From contig OZ210884.1 in the NCBI GenBank assembly GCA_964658305.1, positions 5,890,001 through 5,954,000 of the forward strand: a stretch of 64,000 bases of DNA. The letters are read 5' to 3'. The notes below the pieces were generated by a model, which was given only the letters and a program-made list of their open reading frames with translations, did no database searches and was not told the DNA's origin. The stretch's first letter is position 1. Every line of letters starts with the position of its first letter. Of the stretch, positions 24,783 to 38,947 are shown in pieces. A program made the translations under genes and the position numbers. The stretch comes from Leptogorgia sarmentosa. Its lineage: Eukaryota.

Positions 24783-27700
24783 ATGAGCGAAGCAAGAAAA
24801 AATGGTACAAAACCACAGATCGCCCCCTTTCGTCTTCCTACCAAACCCAGCATAAAAGATGCGCCTATTTTTGAAGACATTGCTTTTACGCCCAAAAAAC
24901 GACCGGCTAAAAGACTAAGTACTTCATGGTCTACAGGAGGGAAAGATTTACAGGGTACAGAACAAGTTACTTCCTTCGGAAAAACAAAGTCGCCAAGAGG
25001 GTTTGCAAAAATTTATGGCGATCCTCTTAAGTACAATGTCGCCGACCCGTTTTCAATAATGACCGCTGAGCCTGATGAAGAGGAGGAAGATCTCACTGTT
25101 GAGCCGGAAGTAGAAACGGCAGAAGACGAATTTGCTGAGTCATGTGAACAAGAAATTGCCGAGTCGTGTGAACCAGAAACTGCTATAGCAGTAAACGAAG
25201 ACAGCAATCAGTCTGCTATATATGAGTTCGCAGAAATAGAATCTACTGGGTCAGCCAAAAATGAATCCTTTTGGTTGGCAAGTGTGAACGATATACAGGG
25301 TGCTTTACTGCAACAAGATATGCTGGAAGTAAATGCGGATATTGATAGTAGTACTTTGAGAGATACGGACGATAATGTATTCGAAGATAATCTGATGAAA
25401 CAGAAAGATGATAAAGAACATGATAAAAGGGAAAAACGACATAAAAAACACAAGAAGTCGGAGAAACGTGAGAAATCCGAGAGAAATGAAATGTTGGAGA
25501 AACATGGAGAGAAGAAGAAGAAACGGCGGAAAGAAAGAAACAGATCTGAGGACGACAGTCAGGGTAAGTCGCATGCTGGTAAAATATTTTACATTACATT
25601 TGACAGACAAAAATGATCGCCAGCAGCAATGGGACATACACTGTGGCGAAATATAGTACAGTATACACGTCCACAACAATCCAGTCAATATAAATTTCAA
25701 GGCAATATGACATTCAAATTAAACACTTTAAATCTGGGCCCGTTGTACGAAGGCGTTTAACTTAAACGGCGCTATGCAGCGTATACATTTCCAATCCGGA
25801 AAATAGCAAACTCCCAAATAAAATCGCGTTGTACACAAATGAAGCCCGTTTACGTAGGCGTTTGGCATCTCGCGTTTAACTATATGGTACATACTCATCG
25901 GTAAAAAACTCAGACGAATTTTTCTACCTCAAACAGTACTTGATATATACTTGTTTTAAGTGTAAAATATTGTACTTTGGCGGTCGTGTAACATGTGCAT
26001 TCCATCAAGCTTCAGTCTTTCATGCTATTGTTTATAATTCCATCAAGCTATAGTCTTTCATTCGCTACAATGCTATAACTCCTGTTTAAATCTAGACCTG
26101 GGGCCGGTTGTATAAAAACGTAGTTAAAGTTAACTATAGTTAAGTGCGAAAATTGACCAATCAGAAACGCGTGTTTCAAAGTTAACTACCATTTAACTAC
26201 AAAACGGATAGTTAAGAGTTTTATACAACTGGCCCCTGTTCGATCAAATGTACAGTAACTTCATGTTACAAAGTTTTTTGGTCTACATATTTCATTACCC
26301 ATGACATTTGAAAACAACAGCATAAAATATGAGTAACCGTGCAGTGTTTTCTTAGTCTTTTTCACAACTGTATCAACATTCAACATTTTGTTCCTTGACC
26401 TTGCACTTCGTTAAAAACAATTTTCAGAACATTTCCTCTCATATTTTGATTGGGTGAACAAAACCATATTTAAGCGAGCCAACACAGTTCTTTTCGACTT
26501 TTGGCGTCTTTTTGTCTGTGTATATTTGTATTAACTGTTTGGCTATCCAAAATGTTTTTGATCAAAACCTTTTATTTTAATTGGATGTGACAAGCGTAAA
26601 GGGGGAAAGCCAGAAAACTTAACTTAAAAGAAATACAGAAATGTATTTGTATTTTTTTCTAAAGATAAACGCCATAAGAAGGATCGACGAGAGAATCGTA
26701 GCAGCAGTCGAAATAGATCAAGAAGTCGTTCCTCCTCCAAGCGACATCGTCGAAATAGATCGGAAGAGCGTTCTGTCGACAAATCGCGCAGAGACTCGAG
26801 CAAGCGTGACTCCGCGAGGTTTGGGTCTCACACATCTCGAAGTAGGTCACCTGTTCGAAGAGATAGGTCACACGGGCACAGCCGAATTAGTATTTCTCCT
26901 AAACAAAAAACATTCGAGCAATCGCCAACCCGCAGAAGAAGTTCAAGAGAAAAATCCCCAAGGCGGTTGAGTAAAGGGGGGAAATCCGCGTCACCTGAAT
27001 TATCTCGCTCAAAAGATAGATTGGAGAGAAAGTCACGGGAGGAAAGATCGGAAATTCGATCGCCAGTTGAATCGAAGCAAAACAAATCAGACAGTTATGC
27101 TTTTGCTTCGACATCTTCGCCCGGTAAGAATGAAATGAACGACGTTGAAGTTAAAAAATCTGATACAGTCTCGCAAAATGTTTACAAATCTCCGAGTAAC
27201 GGACCACAGTTGAAATCTTACGTAAACGTAGTTCCGAAAGATGTAAAACCACTTGTTCCGTACGATGATGATATGATGAGTATCTCCCCTCGAGATAGTG
27301 TAGATGGGTTAAATTTTACTTCCGAGAAAGAAACGCCTGATGTCCCTGAAGCAGAACAGCAAAAATCTCACAAGGGTAAAGAATCGAAGAATAGAGAGAG
27401 TGGTGAAGGTGAATCGGGAAAGAAAGTAAAAGATAAAAAGAAGTCAAAGAAGAAACAAGAGAAAAAGCGAAAGCAAAAAGCTCTAGCTAAAAGTGAAGCG
27501 ACGGAAGACGCAAGAAGAAACACGGACGATGAGCTAGAAGATCTACTTTTTACTAAAACGAACAAAGAATCGAAAGAGGATGTTTTTAATGATTCCGACG
27601 TTTTTACTGCTAAACACAACTTACGTAGTGCTGTTGTTGATATTGATAGAAAAAAATTGCTATCTATGGGAAGCCCTGGAAGGGATAAGGACAAGCTGAG

Positions 27701-30530
27701 TCCCATGAGAAAGGAAACATTGGAAAAGAAAAAGGCTGGTGCTGTGAGGAGGGAGCCGCTTAAGAGTAAGAAACATCCGAAAGATTGTCCCAAGCGTGAA
27801 AGATTTTCAGAAATAAGTGAAATGGACGTTTTTGCATCAGAGACTCTCCACGAACGTTCTGGACCGGTCGAACGTCCTGCCCAAGGCGGATTTTCTACGA
27901 TACCATTTTTATCTGTCGATGAAGAGAAAACTGACGATATCGATCAACTTTTTGAAGAACGTATTCAAAGTGAACTATACTCGCCACTAGGACAATCTTT
28001 TGAAAGTAATTATGTGTCATACTCACCGATGGAAGGGCCAATATCGGACTTTGGGAGTCCAAAAAAGTCATCCACCATGAATTTGTCGGATATTTCCACA
28101 AAAGATAACGCAGTTCAAGACACGTTAGGAATCGTTACCACTGCAGAAAAAGTTGAAGACTTTTTAGTTCGAATTCAACCTCCGGAACGAGAGTTCAATG
28201 TCGTTGATATGGAAATGTCGTCTCCGACAAATGGCATAAAAGCGAATTCTGACAATGACGATGATATTATTGAACAGCTTCATAAAGAGTTTGTTAGAAC
28301 GCAACATGAAGAAGATGTTCAACCGTCGACATACATGGACAACTATGTACCGATTTCTAGTGCTTTACAAATTCCCCAATATCCTACAAATGCCACCAAT
28401 GCCCCAAGTTCATTCCACACAGCAGCAAGTGATCCCATTGTACGTGCATATGGCTTGAATAAAAAGTATAGCGGAATTCCTAAAAAAAATCGTCCTAAAC
28501 GATCGAAGCAGAAGAAAATAAAGAGTGATAAAAAGGGGAATGAACCATTTGATAAAGAAAAGAAGGACATAGAGGTATGAATATGTCGGATGTTTCAGCG
28601 ACAACTTACTTTAAGACCAGGGGATTCGTGTTCGAAGGTTGGATATCGTTATCCGCCAGGGGTGGGTTGTTCGTAGCCGATTTAGCTTTAACGGTGGATA
28701 AGTCAATTTTAAATTACACCCCCATTCGCCTTGCGAACAACTGAACATAAAGTTTAAACCCTGAATATATTTAACAATTAGATTACGAGCTCGAGATTTC
28801 TATGAGGTGATAGTTGAGTATAGCGAGTAATCTAATTGTTTTAGTAGACTGTTAGAGATCAAACATGAAAATATTGCAAAAAATAATTTAAAACCGCGTC
28901 TCAGAAGACATTTTCTTGAACGAAAATTCACATATTTTGCTACTCGCTATCTATCGAGGAATAGATAGCGAGTAGAGTAGCCAATCAAATTGCAGCATTT
29001 GCAATAGTATACGAGTATGATTCTACTAAAGTGTTCCTTTCAGATTGAAAGATTTTATTTTGATCGTTCAATGAATACATAGTCTTCTTTGATATTCTGG
29101 ACTTATCCACCGTATAAGCTAAACGAGCTACGAACATGCAACCGGCCCCAGATAGCGAGTTTTTCAAGCTTCCTGAAATAAGCTGTTGATTTTTCTGGCC
29201 AAAACTTTGATAATTTAAAGCTAAACTTTCTTTTCTTTTTCCATACCTACAATGCTATAGCTTTTTAAACATTTCTGCAACGGTTCAAAATGTAGCTATC
29301 TATCAGAGTGACAACCCCGGCCCCAGGAGCCTCTTGCATGAAGATTGATGTTTTGAATCTTTCTAAAGCCGCGTTTACAGTGCGGTGATTTCTTGCCTGT
29401 ATTGGGCCTGGACCATACGTGGCAAAAATGTGAACCGTTTACATACACTGCATGTCCCACTGGCTTGGCCTTCTCAAATCTCACAGCACGAATTTCCCTC
29501 CAATTATTTCACCAGTTGCTATTGTGGGCTCAAACTACCAGCAACAACGCTTGGCGGGTCGGGTCAATGATAAAACTTTTTGGGAGGAACCAGGCTTAAA
29601 TTTCGTATTTGTAATTTTGAGTTTCTTTCATTACTTTGAGGGTTCGAATCAAAGCATGCTTAGCTATCCGGTGAATAAATTTATCCAATATTCGAGCCAC
29701 CCGTCCTAAGTTTTTTACTCGGGACGTTTTTATTCAAATCATCTCAAGATTGTTTCATACTAGAAAAATATATTTTTTGCTGCCATTTTCCTTTATGATG
29801 ATGTCAAAACTTCGTTCAAATAGACTACTTTTTATCCCAAAGGATTTTTGTCATAACTGTGTGTAATTCTCTGGCGGTTTAGGACGCTTTGAATCGCGTT
29901 CATCGTCAAGCTCGTGTTGAAGATGAAATGAAACATGCTCTGAAAGTGTATTTTAAGCGCAAAGACATCACTAAGGAAGAATACAAGATGATTTTAAGAA
30001 AAGGTGTGCCACAGGTTAGTGCAGCATCTTCACATCTCTACATTGTAGACGAATAGGACCGAAGGTACATTTTTAATTGTTTTGAAGGTTTTATCAGTAC
30101 TACAATGCCAGTACTACAACGTCGCAAATAAAAATTGTAAACCTTTAAAACTGAACGATCCTCGATTATATACGCGATTTTTGCAGGGATTTTAGGTGCG
30201 ATTTTGTCCTTTTGAACGATGTGAAGGAGTTGGTCAGTTTTAAATGTTCCAAGTTATGAAATCTCATAACAACGTTGATAAGTAATCTACTCCTTTACGT
30301 CGTTCAAAAATCGCCAGTGTAAACAGGCCTTATGTGTGCAACTTCGTTTCATTAAATCTTTTCTCATATACTTTCACGTGTAGGTCGCCAACTCCAATCA
30401 CACGATCGATCCTGAACGTATTCGCTCCTTGGTGAAAAAATATGTAGCCAAGTTCAAAGGCTCACGGGAACGTCGTGAACAGACGCACTTCAGCGAACAA
30501 CAAGAGATTCCATTTACGTTCAGTCCGTGA
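24783..30530 (+). CDS. RS-rich SR-related CTD-associated factor (SCAF1/SFR19-like) with C-terminal SRI-like domain (~989 aa; exons 24783-25563, 26665-28574, 29883-30014, 30384-30530)
   Basis: In-phase GT-AG joins give 2,970 nt of open frame. RS dipeptide tract at ~26690-26990. The C-terminus RQARVEDEMKHALKVYFKRKDITKEEYKMILRKGVPQVANSNHTIDPERIRSLVKKYVAKFK matches the SCAF1/SCAF11/PHRF1 CTD-binding domain. A splice acceptor just before the ATG implies an upstream UTR exon. Confidence 0.85.
26101..26235. mobile_element. PIF/Harbinger-like MITE with 3-bp TSD CTG
   Basis: CTG|GGGCCGGTTGTATAAAA...TTTTATACAACTGGCCC|CTG. Related GGGCCGGTTG-ended elements occur at ~28659-29147, ~33051-33280 and ~49975-50210. 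Confidence 0.75.
28620..29706. mobile_element. Nested non-autonomous DNA elements in an intron of the SCAF1-like gene
   Basis: Inner inverted pair GGTTGTTCGTAGCCGATTTAGCTTTAACGGTGGATAAG / CTTATCCACCGTATAAGCTAAACGAGCTACGAACATGCAACC. Also contains TATTTAACAATTAGATTACGAGCTCGA, which recurs at ~45983. Confidence 0.55.
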
Positions 30531-31832
30531 ACTTTCTCCTGGAAAATCTCTCAAGTACAACGCTTACTTTAATAAGCGGTGTAACTTCATCAACATCATT
30601 TTGAAAATACTAAAAGACTGTGGTTTTTAAAAGATTCTTTACAGTTTCAGTTTCGTTATGATTTCAAATTTAGTTTCATGTAAATAACTATGCATATACT
30701 GTACATGCATACAAATAGAAATAACAGCCTATGTTCTGTGGCATGCAAAGATAGTTTCTTCATACGTTGAACACCTTAATTTACAGGCTACTCTCCAAAG
30801 CGCGGTTGCCAATTATAGGCAAAATTTGCATTTATTTATAGACAAAGTTTAAAAAAACCAAATAGTGCAATTCAACAGCGTTAAAGAGCACCCCTTGATT
30901 AATTAAAGTTTGGTTGCGAAATGTGAAATATGGAAAAAATCTTAACATGCAGTTGTAACTTATACTGTACCTTACCAATTTATGTTCAGTATTTCGAGAA
31001 TATGGTTTAGTAACAAGTTGTAGAAGTTGAATTGGCAAGTTCCACGCCATCGTCCAATTTTGGTAAATGTCCTATTAAAGAAAAACTTGGGGAAAGCGCT
31101 TTGGAAAGTAACCTGAAATCGACTATTCGCCCATTGCTTTACATTTGCGTTAATTTTTGCCAGCGGGAGGTTTGGGATGCTTTTAAGTCATTATCTGAAC
31201 TTTTTACAATAAGAGGTATTGACCCAGATCCAATGGCCTCCAATGTCAGAGCATACAAACCAAATATTTCCAATCAGCTGGATGCAATAGAATTTCTTTT
31301 GTAGATGATATGTTCTGTAACGCTAAACCAAACAAAGGAACCAATTGTATAGTATAAAAAGTTAAAATTTGGCAATAATATTAAAAACAAACAGTTGTGT
31401 ACACAGACGATATACTTGCGTATATTTATTTACGAAATTGCATCATCTTCCCACATATCACGTTAGCCTAAACAGTATAAAGTTAATTGCATTACAAACC
31501 CTAAAGGGTGCCAAAAAGTCTAATGGGAAATTTTATGATCATATAAATTCATGACAAATGCAAACTTTGACTGCACCAATTACAACATCTTGTTGCATGA
31601 TGATTACTGTATACAACAATCATACATAATATTGTGGTTTACAAAACAAGCACGCAAGCATGACGTCGCTCTTCATAATGCTTAAAATCCACCTGCAAAC
31701 ATTACTAACGTACACCTCATTGGCCACTACGGGGCAAACATCGGATTTCGCGATCATTAAAATAGATGGAATAAAGACAGCTTGCTTTTATTATCACGTC
31801 TACTCACCAAAGGTGATGATACAGCAATACTG

Positions 31833-34825
31833 ATGTTCGTTGACACAAGAAACGTTCAAGTTTATTTTTTCTTGCCTTTCTGGGCTGCTGTTTTGCGTAC
31901 GTCAGCGTACACATGCAAGTCCCAGATATTTCAACTGGTTGCCAAAGGTAAGTGTTCGTCATTGTATGTAATGCGTCAGATTAAGAAAAGCCGCAAGACC
32001 ATTAATTGATCATTCCGAAAAGGTAGTTGTATTTTTGGTTGTTATTGAACTATTCAGTCGTTTGCTGATCTTTACTATCATTTATCCGTACAATATCAGA
32101 ACGGATCATTTAGTAGTAGCTTTATTTAAACAGGGTACTCCATCAGCATAATGCTGTTCTCCCTGGAGGCCCTGATTATAAAATATTACACTATTTACAA
32201 TGAATTGGATAACAGTAACACTAAAATATAGCTATATCAGATTCACAAGTTAGAGTTAAAATAAAATGTTGTATGTTAAGTATATTCGTAAATCCATATA
32301 AATCGAAAAAATAATGCTATTAAAATAAATAGGGCGTATCCTTACAATACAATAATTATGAGGATATAAGATAGGAGTTAAGATATTTGGATTTAAAGCT
32401 CTGCAAGGAGTCGCAGTTTTTAATGTCTAAGGAAAGAAGGTTCCATAATTGAGTACCAGAGTACTACTGAAAAGTTCTTAGAAAAAAAAAGGTATAGCTA
32501 TGTACTATAGAATGGTATATAATGTACTTCTGCTTGTTCTCGGACCACAATGGGTCCTTTGCTAGTCTTACCATCATTCATCCATACAATAGCAGATCAT
32601 TATAAATAATATTTTTCTCGCATTAGGTCACCGTCTCACAAACTCTGTGATTCGTGAAGCCGAAGTCGACACCTCCTTGAACTGCGCCCATTTGTGTTTG
32701 TCTCAATGGCCCAAATGCAAATCCATTAACTTCCAGCAAACTGGATCTAAATGCCAGCTAAACAGCCAAAGGCGAACACGCAGAGCTGATACACTTGTTT
32801 CCGATCTTGGTTTCAACTACTTTGAAAAATTTCCAGTAAGCTACAATCACATATTATTCGTTTGTAATACTGTTAGAGGCTGTTAGAGCCAGAACAGAGC
32901 GCAGTCAGTATTTTTTCGCTCCATATTATTTATAGTTTTCATTTGTTGCATACTTCTTTTTCACACGTCCCTTGTGGAAATCAGCTACAGTTGACGAAGT
33001 CATCAAGTCAGTGTGTTTAAATATATCTATCTATCTAGTGACAGCCGACAGGGGCCGGTTGTATCAAAGGCGTTTAGCTTAAACGGTGGATAAGTAAAAA
33101 ATATCAATCAAGTTTATGAATTGCGGACTACAAGCAAACTAAACTTTTTCGTCTAAACATAACAATGCATAGAACCACATGCACATTTAGTTGATAAAAT
33201 TTGAGTTGAATTATTTACAAAATGAGTAGGAAGGTTTTTAAAATTTTGCTTATCCACTGTTTAAGCTAAACACCTTTGATCTAGCCTGTTCGTCGCTTTT
33301 ATTAGCTGTCGTTTCTTTCTGAGCTGAGGTGTACGGCGACGCTATCTTTTTTTCCGTACGTAGACAGTCGGACACCTCATTGATGGTCGGACACATCATT
33401 ATTATCATATTGACATTAGCATTAGGAAGAAGCATTATAATTTTAGATTTTGAATGTAAGACCTGGCAGCTTGAGCGGTTGGTGTAGTGGTAAGCATGCG
33501 GACTGCGTGCAACGTGTCTGGGTTCGATCCCCATCAGGGCGTTTATTTTTTTCGTCATTTTTTTTTATTCTGCATGCCAAAGATATTTGAGAGATTTATT
33601 TTGAAAAACATCCGTATACTTAAGATTTTCTTTCAAAATTTTATTTATGTTCAAGGTTAGGGTGAGAACTGCCGTTTGGGTAAGTGTTAGTATAATCAAT
33701 TGATGAAGTGAAAGAGTCTGGATGCTAATAAATGATGGTCCGACCATCAATGAGGTGACCGACTGTCCACGGAAAAAAAATTGCTACGGCGACTGGGAAA
33801 ACTTGAAAACACTAACAACGAGTAACAGTAACAGCGAGCGTCGACTTTATGGAAACTACTAGACAAAATGTCTGTATATACAATCTCCGTGTACTTTGAG
33901 TTGCTAAAGTGCAAGTAATGGACTGTTCCCCCAATTAGACATGCTTTTAAATTAGGAGAATTAATTAGCTACAACTCGAAAAGCTTGCAGAGCTGGAAAT
34001 AACATCATAACATGAGTAAAAGAGTATCGTAAAAGACGGAAAATATATAATCATCATGCATGTGAAGTTTGCGAATTGTGTAGTACAAATCATAGCTACT
34101 GAAAACCTGCGCTTGGGATGTTGCAGGATGTGTTCACTTAACAGTAACAATTATTTCCTTTGCAGATTCGAATTGTAGGCGTGAACATCAAATTTCAAGG
34201 TATTTTTTTTTTATATATTCCGGCGTTCAGTACGTACGTTTCTCATTGATCAGAGCTCTCTTTTTCTCCGGCTAATTCTCAAGATTCGATTTTTACTCGA
34301 ATTCAAATCTCCCCGTTTCTAGGAAGATACAGGTTGCAGAATGTCAGAACTCGCCGACTGTTGCTTGATCCTTGGGATCGAGTTACTGAGGAACGTGGTT
34401 CTGAAGGTGGCGTAAGTTCAGCAAAATATTTGTCTGGTACAGACCTTAACTACTATCATCTTGCCTACTGGATAATAACGAATGAAGAAGAAGGTGAATA
34501 TATTTTTGAAAACGCTGATACTAGAAGATATCTTTATGCAGATGGAGATGAGATACTGGGTGATTGTGGGCATGAAGGGACAGAGGTAGCTCCACTTTGT
34601 CTTTCATCTGACGCCAACTATGAAAATCGTGCACTTTGGAAGATTATCGACAACGGAGATGGAAGATACCTGATCAGGAGCGTTGTGAATTTTCGATATC
34701 TGCTGTCACTTGGTGAGCCACCCGCTCATTATCATGAAAGCACTTATGGCCAGTATTCGACGAGGTGTGTAATGGCTGATGCAAATTATGATGGTCGCGC
34801 TTTTTGGAAAATCATTAGTGATTAG
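31833..34825 (+). CDS. Secreted PAN/Apple + triple-repeat beta-trefoil-like protein, paralog C (~286 aa; exons 31833-31947, 32627-32835, 34166-34199, 34323-34825)
   Basis: Same four-exon structure and phases as paralog A (LVAK-G|HRL; PAN exon; short linker; trefoil exon), with three complete repeats; 861 nt open. Confidence 0.85.
33345..33790. mobile_element. TIR-bounded element carrying a tRNA-like (A-box/B-box) segment
   Basis: Inverted ends GACAGTCGGACACCTCATTGATGGTCGGAC / GTCCGACCATCAATGAGGTGACCGACTGTC; internal TGGTGTAGTGGTAAGC...GGTTCGATCCC. Confidence 0.55.
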
Positions 34826-35892
34826 ATCGCAGACGATAATTTATATGTAGCTCACTATGTCTGCAAAGGCTCCAGGAAGCAGCGAAAACATATATACGTA
34901 GTATTGATAAAAGTTCTCTGGATTGACATATGCATGTTTTTCATTATTTTTTGGATTGAATTTTTTTCATGTTTTTAATAGTTTTAGGGAGTTAGATAAC
35001 TTTTTTTTTATATATGGGTATTTTGTTTATATATATGTATATATGATGGTGTATATGTGTTCACACTGTCAAATATGTGTTTTAGATGTTTTCTAGTGTG
35101 ATATGTCTATAATACCCGCGGTTAAGCATTTTCGCTTACCCGGCTATTATAGACATATCACACCAGTCATTCCAATACCGACCGAGGCAAAGGAGTATTT
35201 CAAACATGGTCTAGGTCCCGATTTACATCTCCCTGATTAGCGTCCTCAACTGGGAAAAGTATCCGTCGGGGATAGCGTGCATCCTCGATGCGTTCTGGTT
35301 GCTTAGTAAGCCCTATACTAGCGATCTACCAGGTTCAAACCCTGTGCGGACGGCAGAAATTTATTTTGGGCTCACTTTCTTTGGGATACTTAGTAACCGC
35401 GCGTACTTTATTCGTTGTATTGCAAAATATAGAAGGTTTTTACCGGCAACTTTGTGTGTCGAGCTTCGTTGTCTCAGAGGTTCTGGTCGCGACTCGCCAG
35501 CAGCGATCCCGCAGGTTCGAATCTCGCGTGTTGGTTTTTTATCATTTTGTTTGTTTTCTTTCAATCTTTTTTTCTCAACATTTTGTTGTTAAGGTCAGAA
35601 TTAGTGTTTGGGATTTGATTAGAAAAACAAAAACAAAACAAAGACAATATTCACACGCACACAAAACCAACAACACAACACCTGGGTACGAGACTGCGCA
35701 ACACGATACAAGTCGATGTGAAGATGTAAATTAAACATTTCATTTCCTGCACGTTTGGAATATTTTCACTGAATTAATTATATTGCAACGCTATTGAATT
35801 ATGCAATAACGTTGACCGCGTTACAAATATTAGTCTTTCTGACCTCTGTTTCATCGATTTGTGTTCGAAAATACTTCATATTGACAACAACA

Positions 35893-38091
35893 ATGGAGAA
35901 ATATCTAACTTTAGATAACCTTGAAGTTGCTTTAAAGTTTACAGGTATCATTTCCTCAGGGATTTTCGCTGGAGGAGCGATTTATCTCGGAGGTTCTCAA
36001 CTGCCTGGAATACTAGCCATGACTGACATGGATCAAGCGTTGATGAATTTCAGATATTTCTGGCCACGAGTTAAACAAATGGTACGTGCATTAAGATCAT
36101 TTTATTCCTGTGGTGTTTTAGCTTAAATTGTTGTACATGTACAGATATATGGTAAGTAAATGTACAGGTTAAATAGTCGATGAGTTTTAATCGATGGATC
36201 TGATAATCAATCAAAATTGCTATCAATCAATGTATTCTCCTAGCAATGAACAACGTTTTCAGAGATGATGGCAAACAGGTTCCTAATCCCCAAATTAGTT
36301 GTTTCCAAACCCAATGTGTTGAAAATCGCAAATTGCAATTGTATTTCAACCGCCTTGAAATAGACTGGTCAGAATGAATAACTGCTAAATCACCTGGTGT
36401 GCCCCCTTACCATCACACATGTAGCTCATTGAAACTTGTAAGACAAATCAGCATTTTAGATTTGCAGGCCTACACTGAGGCGGTGGAGTAAAGGGGGCAA
36501 TTTGCCCCACCACTCCAGCTAAAGAGGCCTGAACATAAAAGAAGATGAAATATGTAGCAAAGATAGGATTGAATACTCTAACAGAGTGCAGGACAACACA
36601 TTTCAAATTTGGGGGGGGGGGGGGGGTGACCCAACCCCCCCTCCCAACCACCTGACACATAATTAAACTACAGCATGTTTGCCTGAAATCAAGGCCCATA
36701 TATTTATTTTTTTCATGGTGGGGGTAAAGAACCAGACTGCCAAATGGGAAATTATGTATTGAATGGAACCCGGGATCTGATTCCCCAGGTTCACAGAAAC
36801 TTGAACGACTGATGTTGTTCATTCTAGATAGGTAGGAGTTCATCCATTTTTACGAGTCCTCAACAAAGAATAATGAGCCAAAAAATACAAATAACAAGCG
36901 TAAACAACTTTGTGGGCAGGCCTTATAATGCCACTGGCCTATTGAAGTCTTTACTTAACTGGACCCGTATTGTGAGTCAATAAAGATTGAAAGAGAGAAA
37001 AGTAATATATGAATTGTATCCCTTTTAAACCTGTTACACTGGGAGGTTTATTCAAGGTTGCATATTTTGTTAATCTTACATCTCTGTATGATATATACAA
37101 CGTCAAAGAGGACGTGAAACTGGCGTGGACATATCCATAGATGGGCATATCACGCCATCTTTATGACATATTCTCGCCCTCTCTGTGCTTGCTAAAGATG
37201 CCTGGTGAATGTGCTAGACGTGCACGAACCAAATTTCCGTTTACTCAATCATTCACATCATCATCACACCCCACAAATTCGCTCTACAAATCGCAGCTTG
37301 TTTTTAGTACCTGGTTTATAAAATCTAACCAAATTTCGAGGCATAAAGCGGCAGCAAGATGTGCAAAGCAAAATTAACCACCAAGTATTTGCCTATGTAT
37401 ACAGTGTTCAGTAAAAGTCGCTGTTGATTATGTTAGGCAGCATCTGAAATACATCGCGTTCACGTATTTTAACTCAATTTCCCCCGCCAGAATACGAATC
37501 GTAGATGATAAACTTGTATAGATTGGTGATAACAGTCATACATTCACTTACATTTAGCCTCGTGCTTCACTGCTTGGAGGACTTTCCGGTGTAGGAGCAT
37601 ACCTTATAAGAAGACGAGTTGAAGATATTCCATGGTTAATTGGCGGTCTGGGAATGTTTTTTAACGGTGGATTTACAGTGAAAGTTGTGTATCCTAATTC
37701 CATTGAACCACTTTTGGATCCAAATCTCCTCAAGGAAAATGGTAGGTTTGACATTTTTGTGAGAAAAATTTACATCGTTATCTTCTACCCTTTTTTCAGT
37801 AAAGTTTTATTCTATCGTTATATTTGGTTATATAGCTACTGTAGAACTCTTATTTGTTCTGCTAACTTGTGGGACCGGAATTCCTTCCCAGTTACCCCCT
37901 GTAACGTCATATAAAGTAAAGTCTATAACCAAGTCCATTTACCAAATTTTATTTTATCTGATTTTCCAGACGATGCTTATGTGAGAGGCATGTTTAAGAA
38001 ATTTGATGACTATCATTATATTCGTACATTGGTTGGCACAGCCGCCTTCCTTGGCTTTACTTTGGCTTATTTCAAGTCCACTTGCAAGTAG
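35893..38091 (+). CDS. Small membrane protein of the DUF1772 / anthrone oxygenase-like family (~164 aa; exons 35893-36081, 37558-37741, 37970-38091)
   Basis: In-phase splicing (495 nt). Sequence SGIFAGGAIY...NFRYFWPR...WLIGG...FT...N...LL...MFKKFDDYHYIRTLVG has four hydrophobic helices and the H-x-x-R-T C-terminal motif typical of DUF1772. Family call is by eye. Confidence 0.7.
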
Positions 38092-38510
38092 ATGACCACA
38101 ATAAACCTCGTGAAACTTTAGTTAAGCTAGTCAGTATTAGGTATTGATATTTATTGATTTCTTTAGCATTTGAGCACACTATTTCTGTAGCTTGTATTAA
38201 TAGTATATCAATATTAGTCATGTAATGAAATATTTTGTGTATGCGATTATATACCTATCATCAGTGAATTTGAAGTTTGTTATAATCATTCTCAACGTTT
38301 ATTTTCTTGCTTACAACGAAAAAAAAAGTCAGGAAAAGTGTCAAGAAAATATTGGAATCTCGGAACTTTTAATTTCCCCTTCGGAATTTTATGTTATAAC
38401 GCCCCCCCCCCCCCCGGCGTCCCAATTATTTTTGTAGTTGTTTACACCCTGGGAATTTATTTTGCGTTTGAGAAAACGATGTTTGTGTTTGGGGAATTTG
38501 CCTCGGCATA

Positions 38511-38758
38511 CAGGGGGTGGACAAAAAAAAAGTGGCCCTCGATAAAAATTCAGTTTTTACTGAAAAACATCTCTCTCAAGTAATCGGGAATGCAGAACCC
38601 CGTTTGGTTTGAGTACGACCTAAGTAAAATGTTAATTTTTATTGTTAATCTTAGTTTGTTGTTCATCTAAGTATATTTCTTTAAATCTGCAAGGTTGTGG
38701 AGCTTGCCGCTTATAAACCGAATTGTTCCGGGGGCCACTTTTTTTTGTCCACCCCCTG
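38511..38758. mobile_element. Tc1/mariner-type MITE with TA TSD
   Basis: TA|CAGGGGGTGGACAAAAAAAAAGTGGCCC...GGGCCACTTTTTTTTGTCCACCCCCTG|TA. Confidence 0.85.
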
Positions 38759-38779
38759 TATTTCAAACTGATTCCATGT

Positions 38780-38947
38780 GTGAAATGCAAAGAAGACAAG
38801 TTACCAACTTCCCTTGCATCTACTTCCTCGTAGAACTAAGACCCTCTCAACCATCTCTTGCCTCGTATAGAATTCCAAGGAAACCCTCTAATAACCCTAA
38901 CCCGTCTAATCTGAGTAATCTCACACCAGCTATGCACAAGAGCAGAG
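38780..38947 (+). pseudogene. Degenerate duplicated fragment of exon 10 of the downstream PHRF1-like gene
   Basis: TGAAATGCAAAGAAGACAAGTTA...CTCTCAACCATCTCTTGCCTCGTATAGAATTCCAAGGAAACCCTC...CCAGCTATGC-CAAGAGCA matches 47101-47267 with indels. Confidence 0.85.

Noticed and set aside
27368..27793. Antisense ORFs over long exons (also 47186-47704, 19512-19841, 60291-60548)
   Set aside because: Shadows of real coding exons on the opposite strand, with no independent motifs.
33466..33545. Possible tRNA gene (also 42590-42660 and ~35300-35530)
   Set aside because: A- and B-boxes are present but the acceptor and anticodon stems do not pair properly, and the sequences are embedded in repeat elements.
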